Source of the DNA: Eledone cirrhosa
Lineage: Eukaryota
Direction: 5' to 3'
NCBI GenBank assembly: GCA_964016885.1
Contig: OZ024741.1
Coordinates: forward strand, 38,440,001-38,504,000
DNA: 64,000 nt
Shown: one piece after another, positions 28,458 to 43,004 of the stretch
How positions within the stretch are numbered: position 1 is the stretch's first letter
How the letters are laid out: each line of letters begins with the position of its first letter
Position numbers and translations under genes: made by a program
Notes under the pieces: model-generated
Seen by the model: only the letters and a program-made list of their open reading frames with translations
What the model was told of the DNA's origin: nothing
Databases searched by the model: none

Positions 28458-28544
28458 AAAGAAAACTTTTTCGTTCTACATGGCTGAATACAATAAATGT
28501 AATCTGAGTTTTTCGAATATTAATAATAACATTCGATTCGTTTG

Positions 28545-28599
<55 letters not shown>

Positions 28600-28694
28600 A
28601 TATTAACAAATGGAAACTATATTTATAAAACCATATTTATATCAGTTATAAAAATATTTTGCTTGTTGTATCCCAACAAATTAAATATAACCTC

Positions 28695-28760
<66 letters not shown>

Positions 28761-29042
28761 GATAAATATATATATATATTTTTTTCTCTCTCTCGTCTAC
28801 GATTTCACAGAACTTATGTTTACCGAATTCACGGACTAGACCCCTTTTTCCTCCCGTTAGACCTGTGCGAAATTCATTCCTTGCTCACATTTCAACCAGG
28901 TTTGATGGTTTTTATTCTCTCTCGTTCACGATTTCACCGAACTTATATTCAGGGAAATTTGGGACTTGACTCGTTCTTCCTCACTTTTCGTTGCTTCACC
29001 GTCTTTGTTTGTTTACACTCTCGCTGTTCCCTTTATTTACAT

Positions 29043-29144
29043 GTCCCAACGTCTTTCTTTAGCCGTTGCTCGCACCAACCGGAGGTATATGGTCTTTAAA
29101 GCGAAGAAATACCGATGATGCTTGGAAGAACACTGATGAAGGAC
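29043..29144 (+). ncRNA. Candidate non-circularly permuted hammerhead, extended form
   Basis: GGTAT-A-TGGTCTT...GAA-ATACC...AAGAACA-CTGATGA, plus GTCC/GGAC, CAACG/CGTTG, TCGC/GCGA and CCAA/TTGG. Confidence 0.65.
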
Positions 29145-29151
29145 CACTTTA

Positions 29152-29187
<36 letters not shown>

Positions 29188-29191
29188 GTAC

Positions 29192-29262
<71 letters not shown>

Positions 29263-30175
29263 GTACAGATAAAAGTTTATGCAAAGAAACTCTGCTTTTA
29301 CCCTTAACGGGATTTTCTGAAAGTGAAAAAAGAAAAAAATCAACCTGAGGACGCAGAAGTAAATATTTCAAAAAACGTTACAACCGAAGAAAAACAGGAA
29401 GATGACATGTTAGTTCATGAAGACGTTCTCTGGCGATGGACGAAAGATGCGAGAATAATTACGTCGTTATGTGGAGCGAGAAGAAGAATTTCTTGCAAAG
29501 ACAAAAACACATTTCTGCTATATATATATACTGGTCTCCCTATTACCCGAACATGGAACCTCGTTCTTCCCCAAACACTTACATTCACATCAACACACAC
29601 ACAGACACGTACACCTACACACATATACACATGCCCCCTTGAGTTCTCCCCGCTCGGATCCCTTGCCTCCCTCTTCCTTCTCCCCCCCCCCCCTACGTCC
29701 ACCCACCACCACCACCCCTACAGGCGTCACACCCTTTCACCACTTGTTTCATTTTCAATTTTTAACCCCCCCCCCCCTTTTAATGTCTTGCCACTACTCT
29801 CCCTTACACCCTCGGAACTCTTTTCCTGCCCAATTTTTCTCTTCATGAAAAGCTTATGCCCGAAACGCCGCCCGCACCTCACTCTCATGCGTGAAACTAT
29901 TATTAACAGTTTGTACTGTCTCTTCGCTTCGTTTTTTTTTTGTTTGTCTGTTTCAATTATTATATATATATATAATGGGTAGTTCATTAGATTCGGGGTT
30001 GATTAACAATGAGAAGATCGAGCTGGAGTCATGTCTATAGCATTTATATACATCTTGAGCCACCCATCTGTGAAATGATCACAACTCTTTATAATCAATA
30101 AAGACATTAATATATATATAGCATTCAATTAAAAATCGATTGACATATACATATATATATAATAAATGATGTGTT

Positions 30176-30220
<45 letters not shown>

Positions 30221-30271
30221 CTCTTCCTTCTATGTTGTTTACTTGTCTCACTCGCTTTACGCGTTTCACTT

Positions 30272-30373
30272 GTCCCAATAGATTATTTTAGTTATTGCTC
30301 GCACCAACCTGAGGTATATGATTTTTAATGCGATGAAATACCAATGATCGTTGGCAAATCACTGATGAGGGAC
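30272..30373 (+). ncRNA. Candidate non-circularly permuted hammerhead, extended form
   Basis: GGTAT-A-TGATTT (30313-24), GAA-ATACC (30335-42), AAATCA-CTGATGA (30356-68), GTCCC/GGGAC, TCGC/GCGA, CCAAC/GTTGG. Confidence 0.75.
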
Positions 30374-30431
30374 TAATTTTATAATATGTAATCCATGTGC
30401 AACCATGCAGTATTCTTCTCCCCATGTTTTT

Positions 30432-30503
<72 letters not shown>

Positions 30504-30644
30504 AATCGATTTTTAATTGAATGCTAATAAATGCTCGGATTTATCCCTTAGAATCTTTGAGTTTATTCTACAGAGGGTATGGCGCATGTTTCTCAGACAT
30601 GACATCCTCAATTTAATGTTGGTTATATATATATATATGTATAT

Positions 30645-30965
30645 TCAGGGAGTGTAACATAAAGTTACTGTAGGTTCAGCCAGGTGAGCACTCGATGTTT
30701 AGATTCACGTAGGTAGCGAAGTGTAGAGCTAAACAGAGCGTAAATATAATCATACAGGAACGTTTTGTTATGCCTTCATTACGTTTATTGATTGGTGACG
30801 CGCGTTTTGCTACTGATCAGCTCATTACAACAGCAGAGGTCCGACGAGCTTTTGATTCAAGAGTCAGGCCAAATCGATACAGATCGAACCTTGAGCTGAT
30901 CAATAGCGAAACACGCGTCACCAATCAATAAACGTAATGAAGACTTAACAAATCGTCCTTGCATT
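30645..30965. repeat. Dispersed repeat with an internal foldback (30763-30824/30891-30952); deleted copy at 35231-35435
   Basis: Direct comparison of the two copies. Confidence 0.75.
30838..30922 (+). ncRNA. Type I hammerhead-like motif with long stem II (CCGACGA core)
   Basis: GGT-CCGACGA-GCTTTTGATT...GATCAATAGC-GAAA-CACGCG-TC-ACC; the inverted arm has the palindromic ACGCGCGT. Confidence 0.5.
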
Positions 30966-30983
30966 ATAATATATATATAAAAC

Positions 30984-31067
<84 letters not shown>

Positions 31068-31114
31068 CGTTAAGGGTGAAAGCAGCGATTCTTTGCTTAA
31101 ACTTTAATCTGTTA

Positions 31115-31146
<32 letters not shown>

Positions 31147-31757
31147 CAGGGTTTACTATTCAACATTTTAATTCTAATTGTATTGCTTTTGTTAATATTA
31201 CAAACTGTAACCTCCTTCATTATTTCTGATAGGGCATTTTTTTTCTTAACAAGAAACTTTCGAATTGAACTATACATTTGAAATAAGGGACCTACATATG
31301 TTTGGCGCACGTTGTTGTTGTGTGTGTGTGTGTGCCTGTATATGTATATATGTATATGTGAATGCACGTATATATCTGTATATGTATGTGTATGTATTTA
31401 TGTATGTATTCATGCATGTATATATGTATGTATGCATATATGCACGCATTTATATACGTATGTATGTATGTATGTATGTATGTATGTATGTATGTATGTA
31501 TGTATGACTCCGTCAATATGTTCGTGCGATTAAATTTTCACTCAGAGAAAGAGGGATTGGGAAAACCGTTAAATAATCTGGTAAGATACCTTGTGGCATT
31601 TTGCTTCAGGTCTTATATTCAGAGTTGACATCCGACCGAGGTCAGAGAGAAGCTGTTAAATTAAGACGCAGACGGTACAAGTACAATATCCTGTCTATTG
31701 TATTATCTATAAATTCCTGTCTATAATAAGTCTGTCTGTTTGTCTCTCACTTTCTCA

Positions 31758-31912
31758 CAGAGAGGGAGAGAGAGGGGGAGAGAGGGGGAGAGAGGGAGAG
31801 ATAGAATGAGTGGAAGAGAGATAGAAAGTGGGAGCGAGAAAGAAGTGAAAGAGAGAAAGAGAGATAGTGAGTGGAAGAGAGAGTGAGAGAGTGGGAGAGT
31901 GAATGGAAGAGC

Positions 31913-31960
<48 letters not shown>

Positions 31961-32001
31961 AAAAGAGAGAGAAGAAGAGTGGGAGAGAGAGAGATAGTGA
32001 G

Positions 32002-32046
<45 letters not shown>

Positions 32047-32215
32047 GAGAGAGAGAAAAGAGAGAGATAGTGAATGGAAGAGAGAGAGAGAGATAGACAG
32101 AGAAGGAGAGAGAAAAGAGAGAGATAGTGAATGGAAGAGAGAGAGAGATAGACAGAGAAGGAGAGAGAAAAGAGAGAGAAAGAGTGAAAGAGATATATAG
32201 ATAGAGAGAGAGAGT
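31758..32215. repeat. GA-rich polypurine tract
   Basis: (GA)n with recurring GATAGTGAATGGAAGAGA subunits. Confidence 0.9.
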
Positions 32216-32544
32216 CGGGCAGACGGAGAGAGGCAGTAAGTGAAAGGATGAGGTGGAAGTAGTAGAAGCGATATAATCACTGAGGGGTTCTAAGAATGAG
32301 AAAACAAGCAAAATTATCAGTTATCCATAAATCTCAATCTTAACCCTTCTGACACCAAACAGCTTGAAACCGTTCCTGATTCAATGATAGTAAGCTGTTT
32401 GTTTTAAAGTGTTCATATTTAGATTCATATCTGCCATCATAATTTTATGTAAAAAAAAAAAAATTTTATGATTCAATCACCTACTTAATAATGGAAAATC
32501 CTAGTTTTTTTTTTTTTATCAAAATTAATTTAAAATCATAAACG

Positions 32545-32965
32545 GTGGATATGGTGGCTTGGCAGTATCGGTAGAGGGTCGGATGCCATGCTTTCCAGCA
32601 TAGTTACGTTCCTTAACGATCTGAGTTCAAATCCCGCCGAGGTTGACTTTGCTTTTCATCCTTACGGGGTCGATAAAATAAAGTACCAGTAATGCACTGG
32701 GTATTTGCTGGCCTTGTGCCTAAAGTCGAAACAATTATTAGAAATATAATTGTTAAATTTGTAGAAACATTAGAACGTTGGACAAAATGATTTGTAGTGT
32801 TTATTTACGTCCCTTCACTTTCTAAGTTCAGGTCTCGTGGTGGTTAACTTTACTTTTCATACTTCTGGAGTCGATAAAAATAAAGTACCAGCCAAGTACT
32901 GGCGTTGATTTAATCGATTTTGCCCACCTCACAAAACTAACGGCCTTGTGTCAAACTTTCAAATA
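32545..32965 (+). mobile_element. Two tandem SINE family A copies (young plus old)
   Basis: Consensus matches at 32545-32740 and ~32760-32965. Confidence 0.85.
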
Positions 32966-33587
32966 ATATTATTGTTTTCTTACAAAACGCGTAATTGCTC
33001 CTCGAAAATAAGAAAAAAAATCAAACAAACAGCATGGTGGAAGAAAAGAAGGACGTAAGGGAAGTGAGGAAGAAAGACAATGAAGTGAAGTCGTGTACCG
33101 AACGAGTAAACGAACCCAAAGCATCGACAAATTTTAATGCTCATTCGCTCCCATCCCAAACGCCTCTACTTACCACAGACAATACCCAGCTCTCTATCAC
33201 TGAAAGCTTGCGCTAACCGAGACTGCTGCTGTGTGCATGTAGCGTGGTTCTATGTAGTACTGCTGAAACTGCCGACAAATGTAGCTGTAACCCGAGAATG
33301 GTGAGAAAGGAAGCCCAAGCTACCGTTTGCACATTTATTTAATTCTCGATATACACCATCACACAAGGATTGTGTGAAAAAGCCGTGACGCAACAAAAAC
33401 AAATTCTCGCCAAAGAACAAACAATTTTCATTGGTTCCTCATTATTTGGTTTGATTTTCTAATCTTTGATTCTTGGCAATCTTGTTTCTTCAAGTAACTG
33501 AATATATAAAGGAATATCTATCTATCTATCTATCTATCTATTTATCTATTTATCTATCTATCGTGCGCCCTTGTGGTTAATAAAGAA

Positions 33588-33665
<78 letters not shown>

Positions 33666-33844
33666 GTGTATGTGCGTATTCTTTTCTTTTTGTTGTTCTT
33701 TTACATTTTCAATCAGTAGGCTGCGGCAAAGCTAGGGCACCGTTTGTACATATATTTTCAAGTCTTGCACTTAATTTGTCAATCTTATTTTGTTGAACTG
33801 CTAGGTAACGGGACACAAACCTGAATACATGGACACACATACAG

Positions 33845-33984
<140 letters not shown>

Positions 33985-34109
33985 TTGTAGTAAGGTTTCT
34001 TGGATGTGCCCATAGGCGGTATGCCGGTTGAGCACTCTATGCTCCTTCGGAATAGAGTATGATAATATGGAAAACGAAAAATCAGTGATGCATCGGAACA
34101 CAATTTATT

Positions 34110-34202
34110 ACGTATTACAATTGTTCCTCCGTCGAACAGCTCGAGCTGCGATCTGTTTGTGGATCGAACCTAACTCTGCATTCGCAAGTTCCTCAGATAC
34201 GT
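34110..34202 (-). ncRNA. Type I hammerhead-like motif, probably inactivated
   Basis: Reverse complement ACGTAT-CTGAGGA-long stem II-GGA-ACAATTGT (palindrome)-A-ATACGT; the GAA box is mutated to GGA. Confidence 0.55.
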
Positions 34203-34287
34203 CTAGTGATTTTGAAGCAAATCCTCCTTATTTAAATTAACTTTATCTGTTCAACGCTTTATAAGAGTCTGAGAGATCGGCTTCTTT

Positions 34288-34329
<42 letters not shown>

Positions 34330-34467
34330 AAGCCGATCTCTCAGCCTCTTATAAAGCGTTGAACAGAAAACGTTAATTTATATAATGATGTGCTCATGCG
34401 CAGGATGCTATAGAATAGCATATAAAATAGGGCAAAGACTCTGAAAAGAGGAAAAAAGAAGTTGCCT

Positions 34468-34545
34468 TTGGCTGCTATAAGGAATCGAACCCCACATCTC
34501 TCAGATACCGGCTAGGCATTTTAACCCATTAAGCCAAGGGACAGT
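34468..34545 (-). pseudogene. tRNA-like sequence (SINE head or tRNA pseudogene)
   Basis: Reverse complement has the A-box TGGCTTAATGG and B-box GGTTCGATTCC; acceptor and anticodon stems are imperfect. Confidence 0.55.
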
Positions 34546-34729
34546 GACAACGCTTACTGTCTTAAATTAGCTGAATCCCAGCTTTCAGATGTCGACAGAC
34601 ACCATATGTAAATACAGAAACAGTGTGTATACATAGCCGGTCACTCGAACTCTTATAAAGAGCTGACAATATAAAGAATGATGAACTCAAGCACAGAGAT
34701 GCTATAGAATAGTTTATAACACACACACT

Positions 34730-34765
<36 letters not shown>

Positions 34766-35186
34766 AAAACATATATTGTCGGGCACCCTGCTGACGAATT
34801 GTAATTATCCGGGAATGTGTAACATTTACTGATGTTACGTAACCTTCTGCATACAACTCTTCTAATAACTGTTATAGGCGGATGATTGTAATGAAACGGA
34901 ATTCCATCCAGGGGAGAGATCAGTGTAACCAATATCTGAAATTGCCATAAAACTCACTAACTAATTGTGTTAGCTCGGATATGCAAAGAGCAGCCTATCA
35001 ACTGCACATTTGGTATTTCATTATTGAGTGTGCGAGCTATGATCGGTGGTCACTAAAATAAATTTGGTGACTTCTTAATCTTTCTCTCTCCCTGTCTGTC
35101 TTTCGCGATATATATATATGCGACCTGCTTTGCGCAGTTTGCGGCCCTCAATCTCTCTCTCTCCCCCTCTCTCTCTCTCTGTCTCC

Positions 35187-35218
<32 letters not shown>

Positions 35219-35433
35219 AGTATATATAAATACAGGGAGTGTAAGGTGAAGTTACTGTAGGTTCACCCAGGTGAACACTGGATGCTTAGGTTCACGTTAG
35301 TGGCGAGGTGTAGAGCTCGTTCATCCCGTCATTACAACAGCAGAGATACGGCGAGCTTTTAATTCCAGAGTCGGGCCAGATCGATACAGATCGAACCTTG
35401 TAAACGTAATGAAGAATTAACAAATCCTCGTTG

Positions 35434-35479
<46 letters not shown>

Positions 35480-36766
35480 ATATGCAATCTACTTTGCGCG
35501 TTTTCCGTCCACCAAATTCCACTCACAAGGCATTGGTCACTCCGAAGCTATATTAGAAGACACTTTTCCAAGGTTTCACGCAGCGGGACTGGGTCAGTCC
35601 CAACTAGTTACGAAACGAACTCCCTAACCACTCAGCTATGTTTTAAATTTCTTTTATTCGTTGTTATTTTTCTTTTCATTATTTAATTAGTCCAGGACGG
35701 TGAAAACGTTGGTTGTTAAATACGTGAGAATAGTAAATTGAATGCCTTGCAGAATTTACTAACATCCCTTTATGTACTGAGTTCAAATCGTATGTTTTGT
35801 GAATCAGGTTGAAAATACACCTTCCTTTAATCATCTTGTCTGACCTGTCGAATATCCCCGTCCGACGGGGAGATCTCCCACCCACTTTGGGGTGGGTGAG
35901 AGATATCTTCTCGTGAAAATTGGTATAGCTTTCATTATATAAAATCTCCCCATTTTGCCTCATTTCTCTCCCTTTTGGGGCACTTTTTTTTCGTGATTCT
36001 CGCCCTTTGGGTTTTTAGAGGCTGGCTGTTCTGTTTTTATGTTCTAAGTTGAAATCGTATGTCCTGTGAATCACGTTCAAAGTACACCTTCATTTGTTTA
36101 TCTTGTTCTGAATAGCAAAGCTCTTACTTGTATAGTTTGGCATTCATGTATGCTTCAATAATTTATTTTAGACACGATATTAGAAGACAGACCCCCCGTG
36201 AACATTTGTAATACATTAATTACACGAAGAACTGATTAATATGCAATTATTTCATGGAAGAATCGTTTTAGCTGTGCCACACCCCACAGAAACAAACAAA
36301 AACACAAGCAGAAATATCACGCTCCGGTCGGTTTCCCTCTACCGTGAATTAGCCTATGTGTGTAAGTATGTATGTGTTAGTGTTAGTGTGTGTGTGTGTG
36401 TGTGTGTGTGCGTGTGTGTGTGTGTGTGTGCGTGTGCGTGCGCGTGCGTGCGTGCGTGCTTTAGTTTGTTTCGTAATTAATATATCAATGAAAACAAATG
36501 TATGAAAAGGAACAAAGTACATTTTTTGTTATTCGAGTGATACCCACTCACTGTGACATATTTCATCTTGTGGTTTACTTAATTTAATACAACGACATTT
36601 ATTCTCTACAAACAAGTGACGCCCAACTTAAACGAAGATAGGATATGAACAAATTTTCTTTCGTGAAGGTAGAACGATATGGACTCTGTGCAATATGTTT
36701 GATTTTGCAGTTTATTTACTGTAACACACGTACAATATGTGCTGCATAGCAATTTGTATTTATTAT

Positions 36767-36958
36767 AGGTGGATTGGCAATATCGGTAGAGGATCGGACG
36801 CCATGCTTTGCAGCATAGAGTTACGGCCCTTTACGATCTGAGTTCAAATCCCACCGAGGTCAACCTTGCCTTTCATCCTTACGGAGTCGATAAAATAAAG
36901 CACCAGTAATACACTGGGGTAATTGCTGGCCTTGTGCCGCAAGTAGAAACAATTATTA
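36767..36958 (+). mobile_element. SINE family A, full length
   Basis: Near-consensus copy. Confidence 0.92.
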
Positions 36959-37350
36959 TAGATTTCTTGGTATCAATATTTTCCTCACGCTATTTTTAAT
37001 TGTTTCGGTGACCAGGTCGTAAACAGTGCACCAGAAGTTTCGACAGCAAGAAATCGTAATCTATAAAGCTCAGTGTGTGGTCATGCTCCTTCGTTATAGA
37101 AATCTACGATATAGAATTTCTTCAATTGAAATTTACAATTCAGTATTCGAAATAGTTTCGATTGCGTCTTGACGCAGATCATTTTTTCAATTTCACCCAC
37201 AATTACGCAAAAAATAGATACAACTCAATATTTTACGATTTTTCTCTCTCATTTAAACTGTTGAACTCTTTCTACTACCGTTCAAAATCTATACAACTTC
37301 ATACTTTCTGCTACTTTCTCTTTCCAAGCTTGATGGTGATACTGTCCGTT

Positions 37351-37665
37351 CACACCACTCCCTACTGTCTTAAATTTAGAAAACACATATCCTCTATGAG
37401 GTTACTAAACCTGCTAGAAACAGCAGTTAACTCTCCCCCATATCACACGCCTCCCTACTGTCTTAAATTTAGAAAACATATCTTCTATGAGGTCACTAAA
37501 CCTGCTAGAAACAGCAGCTAACTCTCCCCCATATCACACCACTCCCTACTGTCTTAAATTTAGAAAACACATATCCTCTATGAGGTCACTAAACCTGCTA
37601 GAAACAACAGCTAACTCTCCCTCATATCACAACCCTCCCTACTGTCTTAAATTTAGAAAACACAC
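37351..37665. repeat. ~92-bp tandem repeat, 3.4 copies
   Basis: CCCTACTGTCTTAAATTTAGAAAACA recurs four times. Confidence 0.93.
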
Positions 37666-37919
37666 AGACAACCATGCAGAACAACTCCATCGCAGCTCTG
37701 TTGTTCGGCTGGCATCGTCTACGCGCGTGTTGCGCAGGTACTGTGAAACAATAAATTTCAACACTTTTTTGCACAGAGATAATATCCATAGGTGAAACTA
37801 CAATTGTCACTGCTGGCGCAGCTCATGCTTCCAGGTCTGCAATTCATTCACCCAGTGCCTGGCAGACAAAAAAGTGCTGCCATAAAATGGGTGGTGCAAC
37901 CTAACTTTGGTAACTTAAT

Positions 37920-37950
37920 GACCCCGAGCAACGCCGGGCTTTAATGCTAG
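37920..37950 (+). mobile_element. Helitron 3' terminus (5' end not located)
   Basis: CCCGAGCAACGCCGGG hairpin, then CTAG|T; similar to the end at 53034. Confidence 0.65.
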
Positions 37951-38493
37951 TAATTGATAAATGTGACAGAAGGGAATAGTTTTTGAATTATTTTTGAATG
38001 GTTAAAATGATTGTTCCATAAAGTAATTACTTAGTTTTAGTCCCTTATCATTTACATTACTATATATTTACTATTGCATTTTCACGGTAAACACTTTACC
38101 TCACATAATTATCTCACAAAATATTGAATCTACAATATTTTGATATTATTTATTTTGATAACAATACCTTAACATAAATATGAGCAGCCAGTTATGGCTG
38201 GTTTGAACAGAAAAAGGTGAGAGAATTCTGGCTGGATATGGCTGGTTTAAATACTAAAGGGTTAATACATTGTCTCAGATCATGCCATTTGCTTAAGTGG
38301 TTCAACTGTGGCTAATCAGTGTTTGCATTCTTCTTGGACAACATGCGTATCATCGAGAGACAGGATTTGTAAGCATGTACGACTGCTGGTCTTTCACAAA
38401 GCCCTCTATCGAGACGTATATCTCGGTGGGACAGCTCATGGTCAGTCATAACCGAGCAGGGCTCTTTCTCTTTTTCTTTCGATTTAATTCGTT

Positions 38494-38950
38494 AAGGCGC
38501 ATGGCTTAGTGGTTAGAGCCTTGGGCTTGCAGTCGAAAGATTGTGAGTTCAATTCTAGTGCCGGGTGATGTGTTGTTTCCTTGAGCAAGGCACTTTATTT
38601 CACGTTGCTCCTGTTTACTCAGCTGTAGAAATGAGATGGTAGGACACACAATTTGTTGATTTAGTTAATATTTTTCGGGTTTTGCCAGTCGACATTTCTT
38701 ATTACTTTGTATTACTATCATAATTATTTATTGTTATACCGAGTGCTTTCCCTTTGTTGTCGGACAAAATGTTTTGCAGGATTCTTTTGGGTATTTTACC
38801 GTTCGAGTTCAAATCCCTCCGAGGTCAACTTTGCATTTCATCCTTCCGGGGTCAATAAAATAAAGAACCATTCAAGTATAAGGTACGATTTAATCGACTT
38901 TCTACTTCCATTCAAATTACAGGCCTTGTGCCTAAATTAGAAATCATTAT
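38494..38950 (+). mobile_element. SINE family B head (38494-38640) and SINE family A (38740-38950)
   Basis: A/B boxes and family cores. Confidence 0.75.
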
Positions 38951-39477
38951 TATTCAACAAACAGTAGTGGTAAACTGATAAATACTTTCCACTCAATCTT
39001 TAATGTAAACATTTTTTTTTCGTCAAATGTAATAAACATGTTTAAAGAAAGTCATTTGATTTCATGCCATCTGAGAAAAAAAGAAACCAGCATCACACAT
39101 TTATAACGGAATAATTATGTTAACCAGAAAGAAAAAAAAGGCTTTAAAGAGAATACTTTAAAAATCGTAATTTTATAATTGAAAGCAAATTAAAAGCAAA
39201 TGTTTCTCTACATTTGCAGATGTGAATTAAAATGAAGTTTTCTTCTTTTCTTTTTTAAGAAAAGAATTTCTAATTTAGGCAAAAGGCCAACAACTTTTTG
39301 GGAAAGGAAAGTCGATTACATTGAGGATGGAAGGCTAAGTTGACTTCGGTGAGATTTGAGTTCAAAGAGCTGGAATAAGTATTATAATGACATCATATCC
39401 AACGCTCTACCAATTCTGCCAATCCACCACTCTCTACGATCTAATTTAGGCAAAATCCCGACAATTTTGGGAGTAGA

Positions 39478-39700
39478 GGAAAGTGGATTATTACGACATG
39501 TGGTTAGAATGTCTCAGGAAAGAATCACTGGACAGATCTTACAGGCAAAACCAACCGGCCGGAGACCCTGGAGTAAACCACGAATAAGATGGTTGGATAA
39601 CATCTATGAGCTTGGCTGATCTCGCTTGGAGATACAACCGGATCAATTGGAGACGGTTGTATCTGACAGGACTCACTGGAAAAAATATTTGAGGACACTG
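39478..39700 (+). mobile_element. RTE-clade LINE 3' fragment
   Basis: HVVRMSQERITGQILQAKPTGRRPWSKPRIRWLDNI; same family as 50870 and 57010. Confidence 0.85.
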
Positions 39701-39745
39701 CCCCTTCCCACTCCCTGTCCCCCATCTTTCTCTCTCACTCTCGAG

Positions 39746-39806
39746 AGAAGAAGAAGAAGAAGAAAAAGAAGAAGAAGAAGAAGAAGAAGAAGAAGAAGAA
39801 GAAGAA

Positions 39807-39838
<32 letters not shown>

Positions 39839-40010
39839 AGAAGAAGAAGAAGTCGATTATACCGACACCAATACTTTCCTGGTACATTATTTTATCGAAC
39901 CCGAAAGGAAAACAGAAAGACAAAGTTGACCTCGGCGGGATTTGAACACAGAACTTAAAGAGCCGTAACTAAATACTATAAATCATGTTATTGACGCTCT
40001 ACCGATTCTA
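39746..40010 (-). mobile_element. (GAA)n/(GAC)n tract followed by SINE family A (39853-40010)
   Basis: Direct reading; reverse-complement SINE core. Confidence 0.75.
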
Positions 40011-40064
40011 CCCTATGTCTATTCCACCGCTCCGAAAAGAACGATTTATTTATTAACCACAAGG

Positions 40065-40147
<83 letters not shown>

Positions 40148-40163
40148 ATATATATATATATAT

Positions 40164-40307
<144 letters not shown>

Positions 40308-40326
40308 ATATATATATATATATATA

Positions 40327-41357
<1,031 letters not shown>

Positions 41358-41364
41358 TATATAC

Positions 41365-41420
<56 letters not shown>

Positions 41421-41540
41421 TTCGTTTCTGAATTTGTTTAGCAAGATTCTTTATCTGAAATCGTGTGTTGAAACCGATATTGTTATACTTTGGGAGGGTC
41501 ATGTTGCCAATAAGAAACACACGCACCATATATATATATA

Positions 41541-41688
41541 TGAAGGCGTGTGGCTGTGTAGTTAGAGAATTGGATTCGCAATCGTGAGGTTGTGAGTTCG
41601 ATTCCCGGACCGGGTGGTGCGTTATGTCCTTGAGCAAGATACTTTATTTCACGTTGCTCCTTCGACCTGGAGTTGTGACGGATAAATA
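41541..41688 (+). mobile_element. SINE family B variant; inverted copy at 42766-42914
   Basis: tRNA head with GTTCGATTCC; reverse-complement match between the two copies. Confidence 0.8.
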
Positions 41689-41930
41689 TAAATACCTTAG
41701 ACAATCGAATAAAGATCCCTTTACGATCTGAGTTCAAATCCTGCCGATGTTAACTGTGCCTTTCATAATTACAGGGTCGATAAAATAAAGTACTGGTAAT
41801 ACATAAAGAAAAAGAAAGTAACATTGTAACTACTATAAATGAGAGGAAAGAGAGGGAAAGGACCAGTATTATTAAACAACGAAAGAAAGGTGAACGTTGA
41901 GTCAAACAGAACCTCCCATACATGGTATAT

Positions 41931-42546
41931 ATCGTTTGGTAAATCACTGATGAGGGACTCACTTTATAACATGTTATCCATGTGCAACCAGCAGTATTCT
42001 TCTCACCCATATTTTTCATATATTTACCCAAACTGCAATTCTGTGTTTCTCTCTTTCTCTCTTACTGCTCCCTCGTTCTCTCTGTTTCTCTTACTTTCTT
42101 TCGTCCCCTCTGCCATGTCAGTTAACTCTTTCTCTCTACTGACCTCTTCCTCGCACTCCCACTCACTCAGTCCCTATTTCTCCCCTTCTTTCTTCCTCCC
42201 GTTCGCTGGGAAAACGGTTTTCATTCTTTCTTACACCGGATTCACTAGCGAAAGGTCTGTTTTCTGACTTGCTCATATATTCACACAGCTTATGCTGAAA
42301 GAATATCTATGTTGCTTGTGTTTATTTCCATCTTCGGTTAGCTTTCCCCTGTGTTGTTTACTTGTCTAACTCGCTTTACGCATTTCTATCGTCCTAATAA
42401 CTTATTTTAGTTATTATCGCTCCAACGTGAGGTATATGATTTTTAATGCGATGAAATACCCATGATCGTTTGGTAAATCACTGATGAGTGACTCATTTTA
42501 TAACATGTTATCCATGTGCAACCAAGAGTATTCTTCTCACCCATAT

Positions 42547-42552
<6 letters not shown>
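41931..42552 (+). repeat. Partial tandem unit, 534-bp period, carrying the permuted hammerhead
   Basis: CTGATGA at 41947 and 42481 with ~90 bp of shared context. Confidence 0.85.
42391..42492 (+). ncRNA. Candidate non-circularly permuted hammerhead, extended form
   Basis: GGTAT-A-TGATTT, GAA-ATACC, AAATCA-CTGATGA; hairpin TAATAAC/GTTATTA; TCGC/GCGA. Confidence 0.7.
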
Positions 42553-42598
<46 letters not shown>

Positions 42599-42622
42599 AT
42601 ACTTTGGGAGGGTCATGTTGCG

Positions 42623-42695
<73 letters not shown>

Positions 42696-42910
42696 ACAGT
42701 CGATCGACGTTCGTCAAATCGGACCGAGGAAACAGTGTTTCCATTTGTCTTTCCAATTGCTAATACTATTTATCCGTCACAACTCCAGGTAGAAGGAGCA
42801 ATGTGAAATAAAGTATCTTGCTCAAGGACATAACGCACCACCCGGTCCGGGAATCGAACTCACAACCTCAGGATTGCGAATCCAATTCTCTAACCACACA
42901 GTCACACGCC

Positions 42911-43000
<90 letters not shown>

Positions 43001-43004
<4 letters not shown>

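Noticed and set aside
29838-29872. Minimal hammerhead relic CTTCATGAAAAGCTTATGCCCGAAACGCC
   Set aside because: Multiple core mismatches and no stem I; a relic at best.
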